Virus record (IMG/VR): IMGVR_UViG_3300021255_000122
Span: 16,228 to 80,227 of that record
Length of the DNA: 64,000 nt
Source of the DNA: a virus
Taxonomy: Duplodnaviria; Caudoviricetes
Strand: one strand, 5' to 3'
The notes beneath the pieces are model-generated. The model was not told the DNA's origin. It did no database searches and worked only from the letters and a program-made list of their open reading frames with translations. The translations under genes were made by a program, and so were the position numbers. Shown in pieces: positions 17,801 through 26,781 of the stretch. How positions within the stretch are numbered: position 1 is the stretch's first letter; every line of letters begins with the position of its first letter.

Positions 17801-20648
17801 CGGATGCATACAACAAACCTTGTTCGTATGTTGTTTCCCTTGTATATCCTTTGGCGTGTCCACCACTTTGTGCAATAGCGGTAAAACGCGCTGCAAGCCT
17901 TTGCAATTCGGGCAAATCTATATTCTGCATCCATTGCGGCGGCTTTTGTGCCGTAAGTTTTAAGTCAAAGTTTATAACGTGGTTTTGTTGAGCAAGTTTC
18001 ACTATTTCATATACGCGATTATAAAGCGACACTGCGTCATTTGCATTGTTCCGCATAGCACGGGCGTTTGCGTCTACTTTTTCGGTAAACGACATCGTGC
18101 TCTGTGTAGCCTTTTTCGCGGCATTGTAGTTCGCTTCTGTTTTGTTGTTAAAGTTGTCTAATTCTTCTCGTGCTGTTTGTAAACTTTGAATAAAACTATC
18201 AAGCCCAACCTTATATGCACCGTGATTTTGTGAAAATTGTGTGAATTGTGCTTGTATTGTTTCCTCGCTTATTCCAACCGCCCGAAGCCTGTTGGCAATT
18301 TCTTTGTATATTTCTCTTAAACCTTTTTCGTATTCTTCACCCGTTTTATTGGCAATCAAAGATATTCTTTGTTGTACAATATCTCCAACTATTGCGCTTA
18401 TTACCTTTGAGTTTTCTTCAAGTTCTTTGGCAATTTGGGGTGAGAACTTACCATAGATACCAAGTGTGTCACCTCCTAATCTTTCTTCAAAAGCCTTTTG
18501 TGCTTCTTCAACTTGTGTTTTGTATGTTTCTTGTCCCGTAGCAAGCATATTGGCGCGTTGACGTTGTGCGCTTTCTTCTTGTACCAATTCAATAGTTCTT
18601 TCTATTTTTGAATTGATTTCATCGCGATTTTTGATTTCGCTAACACCGTATTCTTGTAAAACTTGGTTAAGGTCTCCGACTGTTTTCTTATACAAAGCAG
18701 TGTTTTCGTCAACACCTTTTAGGATTTTTCCAAGAGTTTCAATATTGCTAATGGTTTTTGCACCACTTTCACCAAAACGCTCAATATCTACGGTTGTCTT
18801 GTTTGCCGATTGCCTAAAGAAAAGGAAATAACTTGCGAGCCCCATAAGTGCTGATGCAAAAGCAACAACAACATTAGAAGACATAACGGCATTAAACGTT
18901 GCCATAGTTCCAGTAGCGGAACGAACAGCGTTGATATATTGGGTTATACCTACGATTATTCTTGTACCCCATGTTCTTTGATGTTCAAAGTTAACAACCG
19001 CAAGAATTGCCCGATAAGCACCGTATGTAACGATTAAAGATTGTATTATCGAAAGTACGGTTTTCCAATTTTCAAATATCTTTTTTATGGTTTGAACCGA
19101 CCCTACCAAAAAACCTTGATTACTTGCACCAATTTCGTTGTACATATTGTTCATCGCAAGCGTAAGGTTGTTCATTTGAACTTTTAGTGTTTCGGCTTGC
19201 TTGGCTTGGAAATCAAAGAACTTTCCTCCCTCGTCTGTGATTTTATATAAAACTTGAAGCACATCGGAATACGATACAAGTTTTTTTGACATCATATCAT
19301 AGACTTGTGCCGTAGTAACAATTTGGTCGCCAAAACGTTTTTGTTCGGTGTACATTTGTGCAAGCATTGGAACGATAGCAAGACCAGCGTTAGCAAAGTC
19401 ACGGGCATCACGGGCGTTAAGAAAACCTTGCGCCTTAATCTGTCCTAAGTTGTATGTTAAACGTTCCATAGAAACACCCAAAGCCGCACTAATATCTGCC
19501 AATCTACGTGTGGTATCTACAACTTCGTCTGCGGCAAAGTTGTATGCGGTAAGTTGTTTGGCGGCAGTACCAAGTTCAATCAACGTGAATGGCGACTTGA
19601 TAGCCATTTGGTTTAATTCGTTGAATATCTCGGAACCGCGCTCAAAAGAACCTACAAGAACGCCAAGACTTCTTTCCAATAATTCGTATTGACCGCGAAT
19701 TTCAAGAACTTGTTTTGTAAAGTTAGAAATTGCGCCTAATGTTAATGCGTAAACAACACGATTACGAATATATCCAAAAGATTGCGCCAACATATTGTTG
19801 GAACGGATTGCTTGGGCGTTTTTGCCAATAAGCTGTGTTTGCAACTTTGAAAGACGTTGGTATTCATCACCCAATTGTTTTACTTGCGTTTTATTATTTG
19901 GGTCAATAGAAACACGTCTTAATGCTTGCATTTTTTTTGCAATGGCATCAACGCTTGATTCATCCATACCAAGAACATCTTTGATTGTTTTTGGTTGAGC
20001 GTTTCTTATTTTGTCTATTTTGTCTTTACAATTTTGAATAGCGGTAGCAAGTCGGTTTGTTTGTTGTTGGCTAAGTATGGTTGTATTTGCGTATTTGGCT
20101 TGTATGCTTTCCAATGCACGAAGTTTTGTTTGTGCATCGGCTAACATTTTTGTTGGCATAGAGGTTGCTGCGCTAATTTCTTTGCGTGCGTTAGCCATAG
20201 ATTCTTTTAGCGTTCCTTTTGCAAGTATGCTCTGCAAACGTGTACGCATATCCTCTATTTGTTTGTTTATTGCCGCAACTTGTGGAGATGTTTGTTGGAA
20301 CGTGTCTCGCAAGCGTTCTGCGGCAGTTATTTGTTCCTTCAAATCTTTTATTGAATTTTGTGTTGCGCTTGCACCACTTCCACTTGAACTCCCGCGACTA
20401 CCAGCCGATTGTGCAGCTACCATAGCATCAAACGATTGCGACATTTTGCGCCACGCTTCTTGCATCGTATCGACACTAACCTTTTGTGTTATGGCAAAGT
20501 CTTTCATCGCAAGTTTCATCTTGTCAAGCCCTTCGGTAAAATTTTTGGCCATAGCATTTGTTTTATCGCCAACATAGTTCACCAAGTCTTGTATGGACTT
20601 TTCAAGTTCTCTCTTATCGAGACTGCCAACGATTATAACGTCATCCAT
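14823..20648 (-). CDS. Tail tape measure protein, 1941 aa
   Basis: Tape-measure domain (LERSLGVL...QLTAYNF...ADISAALG...NLGQIKAQG); helical; follows the chaperone genes. Confidence 0.92.
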   Translation of the reverse strand: MDDVIIVGSLDKRELEKSIQDLVNYVGDKTNAMAKNFTEGLDKMKLAMKDFAITQKVSVDTMQEAWRKMSQSFDAMVAAQSAGSRGSSSGSGASATQNSIKDLKEQITAAERLRDTFQQTSPQVAAINKQIEDMRTRLQSILAKGTLKESMANARKEISAATSMPTKMLADAQTKLRALESIQAKYANTTILSQQQTNRLATAIQNCKDKIDKIRNAQPKTIKDVLGMDESSVDAIAKKMQALRRVSIDPNNKTQVKQLGDEYQRLSKLQTQLIGKNAQAIRSNNMLAQSFGYIRNRVVYALTLGAISNFTKQVLEIRGQYELLERSLGVLVGSFERGSEIFNELNQMAIKSPFTLIELGTAAKQLTAYNFAADEVVDTTRRLADISAALGVSMERLTYNLGQIKAQGFLNARDARDFANAGLAIVPMLAQMYTEQKRFGDQIVTTAQVYDMMSKKLVSYSDVLQVLYKITDEGGKFFDFQAKQAETLKVQMNNLTLAMNNMYNEIGASNQGFLVGSVQTIKKIFENWKTVLSIIQSLIVTYGAYRAILAVVNFEHQRTWGTRIIVGITQYINAVRSATGTMATFNAVMSSNVVVAFASALMGLASYFLFFRQSANKTTVDIERFGESGAKTISNIETLGKILKGVDENTALYKKTVGDLNQVLQEYGVSEIKNRDEINSKIERTIELVQEESAQRQRANMLATGQETYKTQVEEAQKAFEERLGGDTLGIYGKFSPQIAKELEENSKVISAIVGDIVQQRISLIANKTGEEYEKGLREIYKEIANRLRAVGISEETIQAQFTQFSQNHGAYKVGLDSFIQSLQTAREELDNFNNKTEANYNAAKKATQSTMSFTEKVDANARAMRNNANDAVSLYNRVYEIVKLAQQNHVINFDLKLTAQKPPQWMQNIDLPELQRLAARFTAIAQSGGHAKGYTRETTYEQGLLYASAAREKQYKQERDALEERNKHDKKTKSSGGAKKDPFAESLKDEIELINNIQKRYNEYRKMGVSAQEAITKAAEEYNNTLMRVNATLSKYGVQTKGAQELANMDLREVRDYYKSLLDVAKGANNAKGIESLEKAIANINVEITKADYKKLTDGLNNELGKLKEEYELGIELDANPELGDVFADMMGIDESELRDLPRTFNQVVTKMQASVDKLFAENNIQQSFDLAAMLDKNDFEKWAKEQGQTLDSAFVKSLNSIREYANKIRLDEAKSATKNWSDLVEKYGDLQSKIIKIYKETVQEQLSIIRQFGNDSQQSQALDIVSRIKVSSNPQEIARLQAELADVLSKVTSSNKVAANVANAAFKMQDSKIASATWGDFKDSDLYTMTFEDMSNNSTHAIQLIIDKLETLKNQVKEDPASMKALMQSLKQAQSELESRDPYLAITSSIREMRQASAEAKLAQQELADATKEVEAAQRELDESEDANPEMQAKARERLALAIQRQSNAEIKVVQAENKQQKAYKKLQNGLQGLSGQLENVQGLFTSVAKLFEAAGDDDTAEAINAISEGFSVMTTVIMGVVAAMIVLQSTSPYLLAIAAALSVIIGLVSFLSGNNNKKITEQVEASERAVKRLEIAYVDLQHAIDNAYGTSVVGAKKAAQANKELQLEELRRQLILEKSRDSKDRDDDKILDLQKNIKELQYEIMDMTNEIVNDLMGVSSVGDFAENLVESMIDAFREGEDYMEVFEGKFEEMIDNMIMKSIVSRVMTQYMDNLWESIDKRITSRSEKEAEAYAEAQLRNSDIKNMNDMEILTTFGGYSSYDAFMLQQSNASKFKRIADEYRKAAADAEKSTKQALDSVSAINDSDISWVMEQLGQTTPELAERLKELISQYYSFGDKADPSKNLSGLQQGIQSVTEETAGALEAYMNSVSQQVYLHSDLLTQIRDAVVGFDLDVQTATVSQILLQLQSSYQTQQAIQHILEGVLVPSGRAFAVELLS

Positions 20649-20672
20649 TTCGTATAATATATTTAGTTGTTG

Positions 20673-21071
20673 TTATTTACTTTTTTTTGAATTATTGGCT
20701 TTGGTTTGGCGTATGGGAACGATGTATTCTTCGCCTTCCTTTAGTTCCGAACCATTGCTTAATCCATCCATAAAGTTTTCCAACTTTCTTTGCGACTCCA
20801 ATGCGTCTTTGTACGTTTCCCATGCTTTTTTGTCCGAACCATGCAAGTATTTTGTGTGTGTGTTATCAATGGCCATGAATTGTATTTGCGCACAAGATAG
20901 CTTGAAAAGGTAATCATCAAGTTTGTATTGCGTGAATGCCCTTATGAAGTCTGAGGCGTCCGCAATGATAGTGCTTCCATAAATTGTGATGCTGTCTCCA
21001 TTGACTTCTTCTTCCGAGTCAGAAGTGAATCCGTAGCCATACTCACCGATTTTTTGAGTAAAAAAAAACCC
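20673..21071 (-). CDS. Tail assembly chaperone GT-type extension (reached by -1 frameshift)
   Basis: -1 frame stays open 132 codons from the GGG at 21071; no good independent start. Confidence 0.7.
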   Translation of the reverse strand, partial: GFFFTQKIGEYGYGFTSDSEEEVNGDSITIYGSTIIADASDFIRAFTQYKLDDYLFKLSCAQIQFMAIDNTHTKYLHGSDKKAWETYKDALESQRKLENFMDGLSNGSELKEGEEYIVPIRQTKANNSKKSK

Positions 21072-21529
21072 GATAAGTCTATAGACTTGATTGCGCCAAG
21101 GACAATAGCAGCCCATTGGTTTGCGTCAAAAGTGCTATTCATAACCTTTGCTTTCATTATGCCTATCCACTTGTCGTTTCGCGACATAACCGCTTGTGCC
21201 GAATCATAATCTGTTATATCATCGGGTGCAAACAAATGATTACATAACACTATTGCCATTATTTCACACATAGCATCTAAATCGGTACACAACGCGGTTA
21301 TAATTTTCGCGTCCGTGTCCAAAGTTTCATCAGACTTACGCATGTCCATTACCAATCGGCAAATGCGATACAACGAATAATAACGCATGCCTTTTACACT
21401 ATATTCTTTTTCACCAAGGCGCACCAACGAAGGTGAATCCGTTATGATGTCAAGAATATCGCGTTTAACGTCTATTGGAAAATCGTTAAATGTTTTTTCG
21501 TTGGAACTATTCTTTACGTTTTTGTCCAT
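20942..21529 (-). CDS. Tail assembly chaperone (G-type)
   Basis: Lies between tail tube and tape measure; contains the slippery site. Confidence 0.8.
   Translation of the reverse strand: MDKNVKNSSNEKTFNDFPIDVKRDILDIITDSPSLVRLGEKEYSVKGMRYYSLYRICRLVMDMRKSDETLDTDAKIITALCTDLDAMCEIMAIVLCNHLFAPDDITDYDSAQAVMSRNDKWIGIMKAKVMNSTFDANQWAAIVLGAIKSIDLSGFFLLKKSVSMATDSLLTRKKKSMETASQFMEALSLRTPQTS
21060..21071 (-). promoter_or_regulatory. -1 ribosomal frameshift slippery site GGGTTTTTTTTT
   Basis: Fits X XXY YYZ (G GGT TTT and T TTT TTA). Confidence 0.75.
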
Positions 21530-21655
21530 TTTTTTAGCTTTTCGTAAACGTTGTTTTTTTGCTTTCTATTAAACGTAAAGGGCGCGCACTGGGTGACACC
21601 CCAATAACGCACCCTCACGTTCACGAAAGCAAGTTAATTCGCAAATTAGTACACC

Positions 21656-22174
21656 TTATGCAGACGTTGTACCAACAATCTTGTACATGTGGTCAACATT
21701 CGGAGTAACCGAAGTGTCGGTGTAAACAAGAGCGGTAATAGTAACTGCGTAGTTTAATGCACCATCAGCATCCTTTTTGAGTGTACCAACGGTAAGACCC
21801 TTGTAGATGATAAGTGAATTGTAACCACGTCCGAAATCAAGTTTCCATTCCCACTCCGAAGTGTGGGCGGCGGCAGCACCTTCGTAGGATTCAGCAACAG
21901 ACGATGTTGCAGCCGTAGCAGTTCCACCAAAAAGGTTTGGAAGTTCGGAAAGTTCGTAGTTAGTCAATTCAAATGTCATTGTCACGGGCTGACCCTGATA
22001 AATGATGTCAAACGGAGAATCATAGAACTCGGCTTCAATCTCTGTTGAATCTGGCTCGTCTTGTGCAATAGTAAGACCACGGAGAATACCCATAAGCTGA
22101 GTGTAGTCACCAGTACCAGCACCAACGGCACGATAACCAAGGCTAACTGGCTTCAAAGTTGTTTTCTTTGCCAT
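21656..22174 (-). CDS. Major tail tube protein
   Basis: Position before the chaperone; TEIEAEFYDSPF...TFEL motif; 172 aa. Confidence 0.75.
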   Translation of the reverse strand: MAKKTTLKPVSLGYRAVGAGTGDYTQLMGILRGLTIAQDEPDSTEIEAEFYDSPFDIIYQGQPVTMTFELTNYELSELPNLFGGTATAATSSVAESYEGAAAAHTSEWEWKLDFGRGYNSLIIYKGLTVGTLKKDADGALNYAVTITALVYTDTSVTPNVDHMYKIVGTTSA

Positions 22175-22210
22175 AATTTTATCCTTTCTTTTTAATGTTT
22201 ATAATTTTGT

Positions 22211-22648
22211 TTATTCTTGTTTGTTAATTACAACAACAAAAGACTTTACGAATAAGTTATATTGGTTTCCCTTTTGCGTGTTTGCGTTATCATCCATAGA
22301 AATGGTGGTTTCGGGCATAACATAATAGGGTTCGTTTTCTTGCGTTTCGGCGTTTTTTATAACGGCCAAAATTGCATCTTCAAATTCCTTATACTTTCTT
22401 TTGTGTAGCCTACCACGCGACATCTTAGGAACGTATGCGTAGATATAGCATCGCGCCCATGCGTAAGTTTCTCCTTCAAATTCCGATTCATCCTCTATGT
22501 CGCCAACTTTTGTTACCACAAATCCGTTTTCCGCTTCATCGTCTGTTGTTTCCGATGGTTCGCCCATAGAATGAACATTATTCGTTACTACGCCATATAA
22601 TAGCGAATAAAGATAATCGTATATAGCAATTCTTGACTTGTCTATCAT
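22211..22648 (-). CDS. Putative tail completion/terminator protein
   Basis: Synteny in the neck module. Confidence 0.5.
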   Translation of the reverse strand: MIDKSRIAIYDYLYSLLYGVVTNNVHSMGEPSETTDDEAENGFVVTKVGDIEDESEFEGETYAWARCYIYAYVPKMSRGRLHKRKYKEFEDAILAVIKNAETQENEPYYVMPETTISMDDNANTQKGNQYNLFVKSFVVVINKQE

Positions 22649-23178
22649 AATGGCTTAACGCTAAATGTTACATGTCCTTTAGGTGAAAACGTATTCTTAA
22701 TATGGTCGTATCGTTGGCTAATAACGAAGAAACGGTTTGTTTTCGTACTACCAGCCGCAGGGTCTAAGTATCGCGCATAGGGCGCACATGCAGCCCAAAC
22801 AACAACCCAACCGTCTTTTGTCGGCAAATGCCCTTGAAACGCGCTTAAAAAAGCCGTAGCCTCTTTGCGTCCGTCAACGGGTATTCTTTTTGACGGGTCT
22901 TTACTCCATTCATGCAAATAAGACACATCGTTAGCCATCTTAGAACCAATATGGCCGTGTGATTGTTCTTTGCCATCAAAATAGACAGCCCAAACATAAC
23001 TATCGGCCAAGTTGAATGTACGGCTTTTGAATTGTCGTGTCACAATCATTTCGTAAAGTTCCTCTTTGGCGTATTGTACAAGGCGGCGCGTTTGTTCCGT
23101 AACCAAGTTTTTCATCATGGCTTTTCTAAGTTTTTCCTTATCGAATTTAACGCGTGTTCTTGTTGCCATAGTTACCAC
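22645..23178 (-). CDS. Putative neck protein (HK97 gp10-like)
   Basis: RTFNLADSY and APYARYL motifs; synteny. Confidence 0.5.
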   Translation of the reverse strand: MVTMATRTRVKFDKEKLRKAMMKNLVTEQTRRLVQYAKEELYEMIVTRQFKSRTFNLADSYVWAVYFDGKEQSHGHIGSKMANDVSYLHEWSKDPSKRIPVDGRKEATAFLSAFQGHLPTKDGWVVVWAACAPYARYLDPAAGSTKTNRFFVISQRYDHIKNTFSPKGHVTFSVKPL

Positions 23179-23507
23179 TTTTTACGTGTGCAATAAATGC
23201 TAATTCCTTTTAATTGCGAGGGTTCTGCGTTGTCAACGGTTAGTTGTAAGGTTTCACCATACCGTGTAACCGTTACATCATCGCCTTTACGTGGAATAAT
23301 ATAATTCCCCTGTTCATCGGTTGTAAGCGGAATGGAAACAACATAGGGTGCGGTTTGTAGTGTGCGCCCGTCAAGGTCTCTTTGTGTGGTTTCATCCATG
23401 ACACCACTATAGATTTCCTGTGTAGTATCTTCCTCGTCGCCAACACCGTAGATTGTGCGGCTTATAACACCGTTGTAGGGAAATTCTACTATTTCGTCGC
23501 GAATCAT
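23172..23507 (-). CDS. Putative head closure protein
   Basis: Synteny, size, beta-rich. Confidence 0.5.
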   Translation of the reverse strand: MIRDEIVEFPYNGVISRTIYGVGDEEDTTQEIYSGVMDETTQRDLDGRTLQTAPYVVSIPLTTDEQGNYIIPRKGDDVTVTRYGETLQLTVDNAEPSQLKGISIYCTRKKW

Positions 23508-23896
23508 AGGCTAATAACGTCGGTTATTGGTATAAACTTAATTCGGCGGTTTTCGGCAAGTTCCTCCAAATCGCCAGCCTTTTCGTCGTTGTATCGCTTG
23601 TAAATGCGTATAGCGTACTGAATCTTGTCGTCTTGATAGAAATCCTGTTCGCTACCAATGGTTTTTTGGAAACCGTTGTGCGATTGTTGCAACGATGCAG
23701 TATTAGATGGTCTAAGAAGAACTGCCGTATAGATAAGGTCTGCGGTCATAAGGTCGCGTTCCCTTTCTGTTACTTTAGTTTCATCGTAAACGTCCCAACT
23801 TGGGTCTATACCTCGGTCAAGGGCGATTTTTACAAAGTTTTTCTCCGTAAACGAAGAATACATTGTTGATGCTTCCAACCATTCTAATACCGTCAT
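23504..23896 (-). CDS. Putative head-tail connector
   Basis: Immediately after the major capsid gene; helical. Confidence 0.55.
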   Translation of the reverse strand: MTVLEWLEASTMYSSFTEKNFVKIALDRGIDPSWDVYDETKVTERERDLMTADLIYTAVLLRPSNTASLQQSHNGFQKTIGSEQDFYQDDKIQYAIRIYKRYNDEKAGDLEELAENRRIKFIPITDVISL

Positions 23897-23926
23897 CTTT
23901 GCAAGTTTTTAAGGTTCTATATTTGT

Positions 23927-25222
23927 TTAGGCATCTGCGGTTGCAGTGTCTACCACTACGTGATAAAGTGACTCGTTAAGCACGGGTGCATAGCGACCAA
24001 TAATATCCGTATGATAAGACTTCAACATTCCGTTAGGCGTAACCTTGTTGATTACATAGAGGAAATTCTGCACTTTTGCAAGTGAGAACTGAATATTGCT
24101 ATTCACCTCTCCGCTTTGCATCAACTTAACATCTGCGGTCTTGGCGTGTACAACAACACCTGCCGTACCGAGCGGACGAAGAACGGCTGCGTTTGGCTTC
24201 CATCCCGAAACATCGGAAACGGTTGTGATGTTTTGTACTGTGGCCGACTGCTTGACAACGCGGATAGGCGCAATCTTGGAAATCGGGCTTTGACTATAAG
24301 CAACGATGTTTTCCCAAGTGATGCTTGATTGGTTCGAGGGAGAGCCGCTTGAATCAATGATAACCACGCGGTTGTTAGATACGCCATACATGGCAATCCA
24401 ACGGTTAACCTCGGCCACAAATGCGGCGTTGTTAAGCAATACGGATGTAATCATGCTGTAAGGAATATCCCACTCCATTGGGAAATCCTCTGGCAAGTTG
24501 TTTGCGGCCTTGAAATCATGCTCAATCTTTTGCATTTGTGCAGGAATGTCGCAAGTTGCGTCCGACCAAACCTTTGTACCAGCGGTCTTAAAGTTTGCAA
24601 GAGGAATGTACGAAGACTGCAATGTGTTCACGCCACTAAAGCCCAATGTAGACGTGATAGTTCCCGTGCTACCGTTGAACGAAATGCGGTTGGTGTTACT
24701 ATAAGCACCACCATAAGAAAGTGCTTGTGCGGCCATATAAGAAAGACGGTAGTTGTGTGTCTTGATAAGGTCGGCAACACCACGAACAAAGCCTGTAACA
24801 AGGTTTTGGTCTTGTGGGTTCATTTCACGAAGACGTGCCTGCAATTCCAACTTGGACATAGAGGTTTCGAACAAGCCCTTACCGTATTGGTAGATAGAGC
24901 CAGTCTTTTCCTCCCATCCTTCGTTGTCAAGCTGAGCGGTTTCGGAAAGAGGAGCCATTGCGTCGGCCATAGGCACGATGCGATTCACGCGTTGACGAAC
25001 CGTCCATGCTGGGTTTTTCTTTGTATCGGCAAGGTCAATGTCGTATTCGTTACCTTCTACAACAAAGTGTTCTTGCCAAAAGAAACGGTTTGCCTCGATT
25101 TCAAGAGAATTGTCGATAAGTGTCTGGAGAAAACCACCATTGTTTCCGTCCATAAATCCCTTTTGATACAATTTTTCAATTGCCTCATCGGGTGTCCACT
25201 GATATTTATATGCGTTTGCCAT
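23927..25222 (-). CDS. Major capsid protein
   Basis: 431 aa, strongly biased codon usage, follows scaffold and decoration genes. Confidence 0.8.
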   Translation of the reverse strand: MANAYKYQWTPDEAIEKLYQKGFMDGNNGGFLQTLIDNSLEIEANRFFWQEHFVVEGNEYDIDLADTKKNPAWTVRQRVNRIVPMADAMAPLSETAQLDNEGWEEKTGSIYQYGKGLFETSMSKLELQARLREMNPQDQNLVTGFVRGVADLIKTHNYRLSYMAAQALSYGGAYSNTNRISFNGSTGTITSTLGFSGVNTLQSSYIPLANFKTAGTKVWSDATCDIPAQMQKIEHDFKAANNLPEDFPMEWDIPYSMITSVLLNNAAFVAEVNRWIAMYGVSNNRVVIIDSSGSPSNQSSITWENIVAYSQSPISKIAPIRVVKQSATVQNITTVSDVSGWKPNAAVLRPLGTAGVVVHAKTADVKLMQSGEVNSNIQFSLAKVQNFLYVINKVTPNGMLKSYHTDIIGRYAPVLNESLYHVVVDTATADA

Positions 25223-25254
25223 AATCTATGTTTCCTTTCTTTAATGTTTTGTGA

Positions 25255-25929
25255 TTAAATCCAGAAGATACCGTCAATGTAAGAGCGATTCTTGGCCAAA
25301 ACGTAAGTAGGTAGTGGTTGCATACGTGCAATCCAAGCCTGCTTGTTGTAAACGGCTGAAACACTATAGTTGGCGTTTTCAAATCCGTAGCCCTCGGTGG
25401 GGAGCAAATCGCGGTCTGCCTCGTTGAATACGTTAGGATTGGGAACAAGAACGGTTGCGGATGCGGATGCTGCGCTACCGCTTGCCTCTACAAGAATGTC
25501 GTTGATAGCCAAAGCACCAAGTGCGGTGTCAACGGTTACGGCAAATTCGGCGTTAGCCTTATCGTAAACGACTGCCGTTACCTTACCTGACTGGCCTGTT
25601 CCAGTTGCGGTTTGTGGTGCTTTCATCAAAATTTGGCCAACTTCGGGAGCGTCCGAATAACCATCGGCTTTAATATAGATGGTGGTGTCGGTTGCTGCGG
25701 TAGTAGCCTTACTAACGGCGAAAGAACGGAAAATCAACATCTCTTGGCCTGGGGTGTACTGTAAAAGTTGCGCAGCCCAAAGATGTCCGAAGCCTTTGTT
25801 GGGGTTGCCAATAGTGCCACCAAGCAAGATGTTGTTTCTTTGCTCACCGTTACTATCTTTCACCCAAACAAACTTCCCACCACGCACTTGTCGTGATGTT
25901 TCAAAGAAAAATGCTAAGTTTGTTACCAT
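25255..25929 (-). CDS. Putative head decoration / capsid accessory protein
   Basis: Ala/Thr-rich beta protein between scaffold and capsid. Confidence 0.55.
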   Translation of the reverse strand: MVTNLAFFFETSRQVRGGKFVWVKDSNGEQRNNILLGGTIGNPNKGFGHLWAAQLLQYTPGQEMLIFRSFAVSKATTAATDTTIYIKADGYSDAPEVGQILMKAPQTATGTGQSGKVTAVVYDKANAEFAVTVDTALGALAINDILVEASGSAASASATVLVPNPNVFNEADRDLLPTEGYGFENANYSVSAVYNKQAWIARMQPLPTYVLAKNRSYIDGIFWI

Positions 25930-25954
25930 AATCTTTTGCTTTTAATTTGTTTGT

Positions 25955-26587
25955 TTAAACTTTAACTTTGGGGATGGAATTAAGGAGTTCCTCTTCGCGC
26001 TTTTGTGTTTGTTGCGGCGCGAGTGGCTTAATGTCACCTATACTATCCTTGAAAATATCTTGGAATTGAGATACAAGTGATTCTGCCTGTTCCTTGTCTT
26101 CCTTGTCCAACTTGATTTCATAATTTGCCGCAAATTTCTCAAACGACTTATGCAAATCTTGTCGAACACTTTTCTTTGCCAGTTCCAATACGTCCTTTTG
26201 TTTAGCTTTTTTTGCTTCACTGTCCTTATACCGCTTTAGTTCGTCGATTTGGTCTTGCACCTCTTTTGGAATTTGCGGTGTAGGCTTTGGATTTGGTTCT
26301 GGATTGATTTTTTTTTGCAACTCGGCGATTTGGTTTTTGTATTCGTTTTCTTTCGAATTAAAGACGTTGGTCTTTTCGGTAATGATAGTGCTTGCGCCGC
26401 TAAAAGCGGTATTCAAAGCGAATTTCATGTCCTCAATGGCCTTTTCATCATCAACATTTGTTTCGGCATAACGCTTTGCAAAATGTTCCGCGAATTTGTC
26501 TTTGAAACCATCGGTTAGTGTTGCGGTAGTGTAACTTTTCTCGTTACAATAATCGTTTACTTTCTGTAAAACTTCGTCTTTTGTCAT
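25955..26587 (-). CDS. Putative capsid scaffolding protein
   Basis: Charged helical protein, first gene of the head operon. Confidence 0.6.
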   Translation of the reverse strand: MTKDEVLQKVNDYCNEKSYTTATLTDGFKDKFAEHFAKRYAETNVDDEKAIEDMKFALNTAFSGASTIITEKTNVFNSKENEYKNQIAELQKKINPEPNPKPTPQIPKEVQDQIDELKRYKDSEAKKAKQKDVLELAKKSVRQDLHKSFEKFAANYEIKLDKEDKEQAESLVSQFQDIFKDSIGDIKPLAPQQTQKREEELLNSIPKVKV

Positions 26588-26633
26588 AGTTTTCTACTAT
26601 TTTAAATAAAAACAATGTCGCATTTGTTTTGCG

Positions 26634-26641
26634 CAAAAGTA
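26634..26641 (-). promoter_or_regulatory. -7 element (TACTTTTG) for the head-tail operon
   Basis: TAnnTTTG match. Confidence 0.6.
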
Positions 26642-26748
26642 TAAAAAAAACAAAATGCAATTCTTGCAATATTAAAAATCCATTTGAAATTATTAAAAAC
26701 GCAACGAACTTTCAAAAGGATTGGAATAACGCGCTATATTTTAATGTG

Positions 26749-26756
26749 TAATTTTG
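26749..26756 (+). promoter_or_regulatory. -7 element (TAATTTTG) for the terminase operon
   Basis: TAnnTTTG match, divergent from the previous element. Confidence 0.6.
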
Positions 26757-26781
26757 CATAGAAAACAACAATCAAAGCGTT

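Noticed and set aside
15209-20657. Many plus-strand ORFs opposite the tape measure gene (likewise opposite capsid, terminase and tail genes)
   Set aside because: Antisense shadows of long real genes, with no start context or motifs
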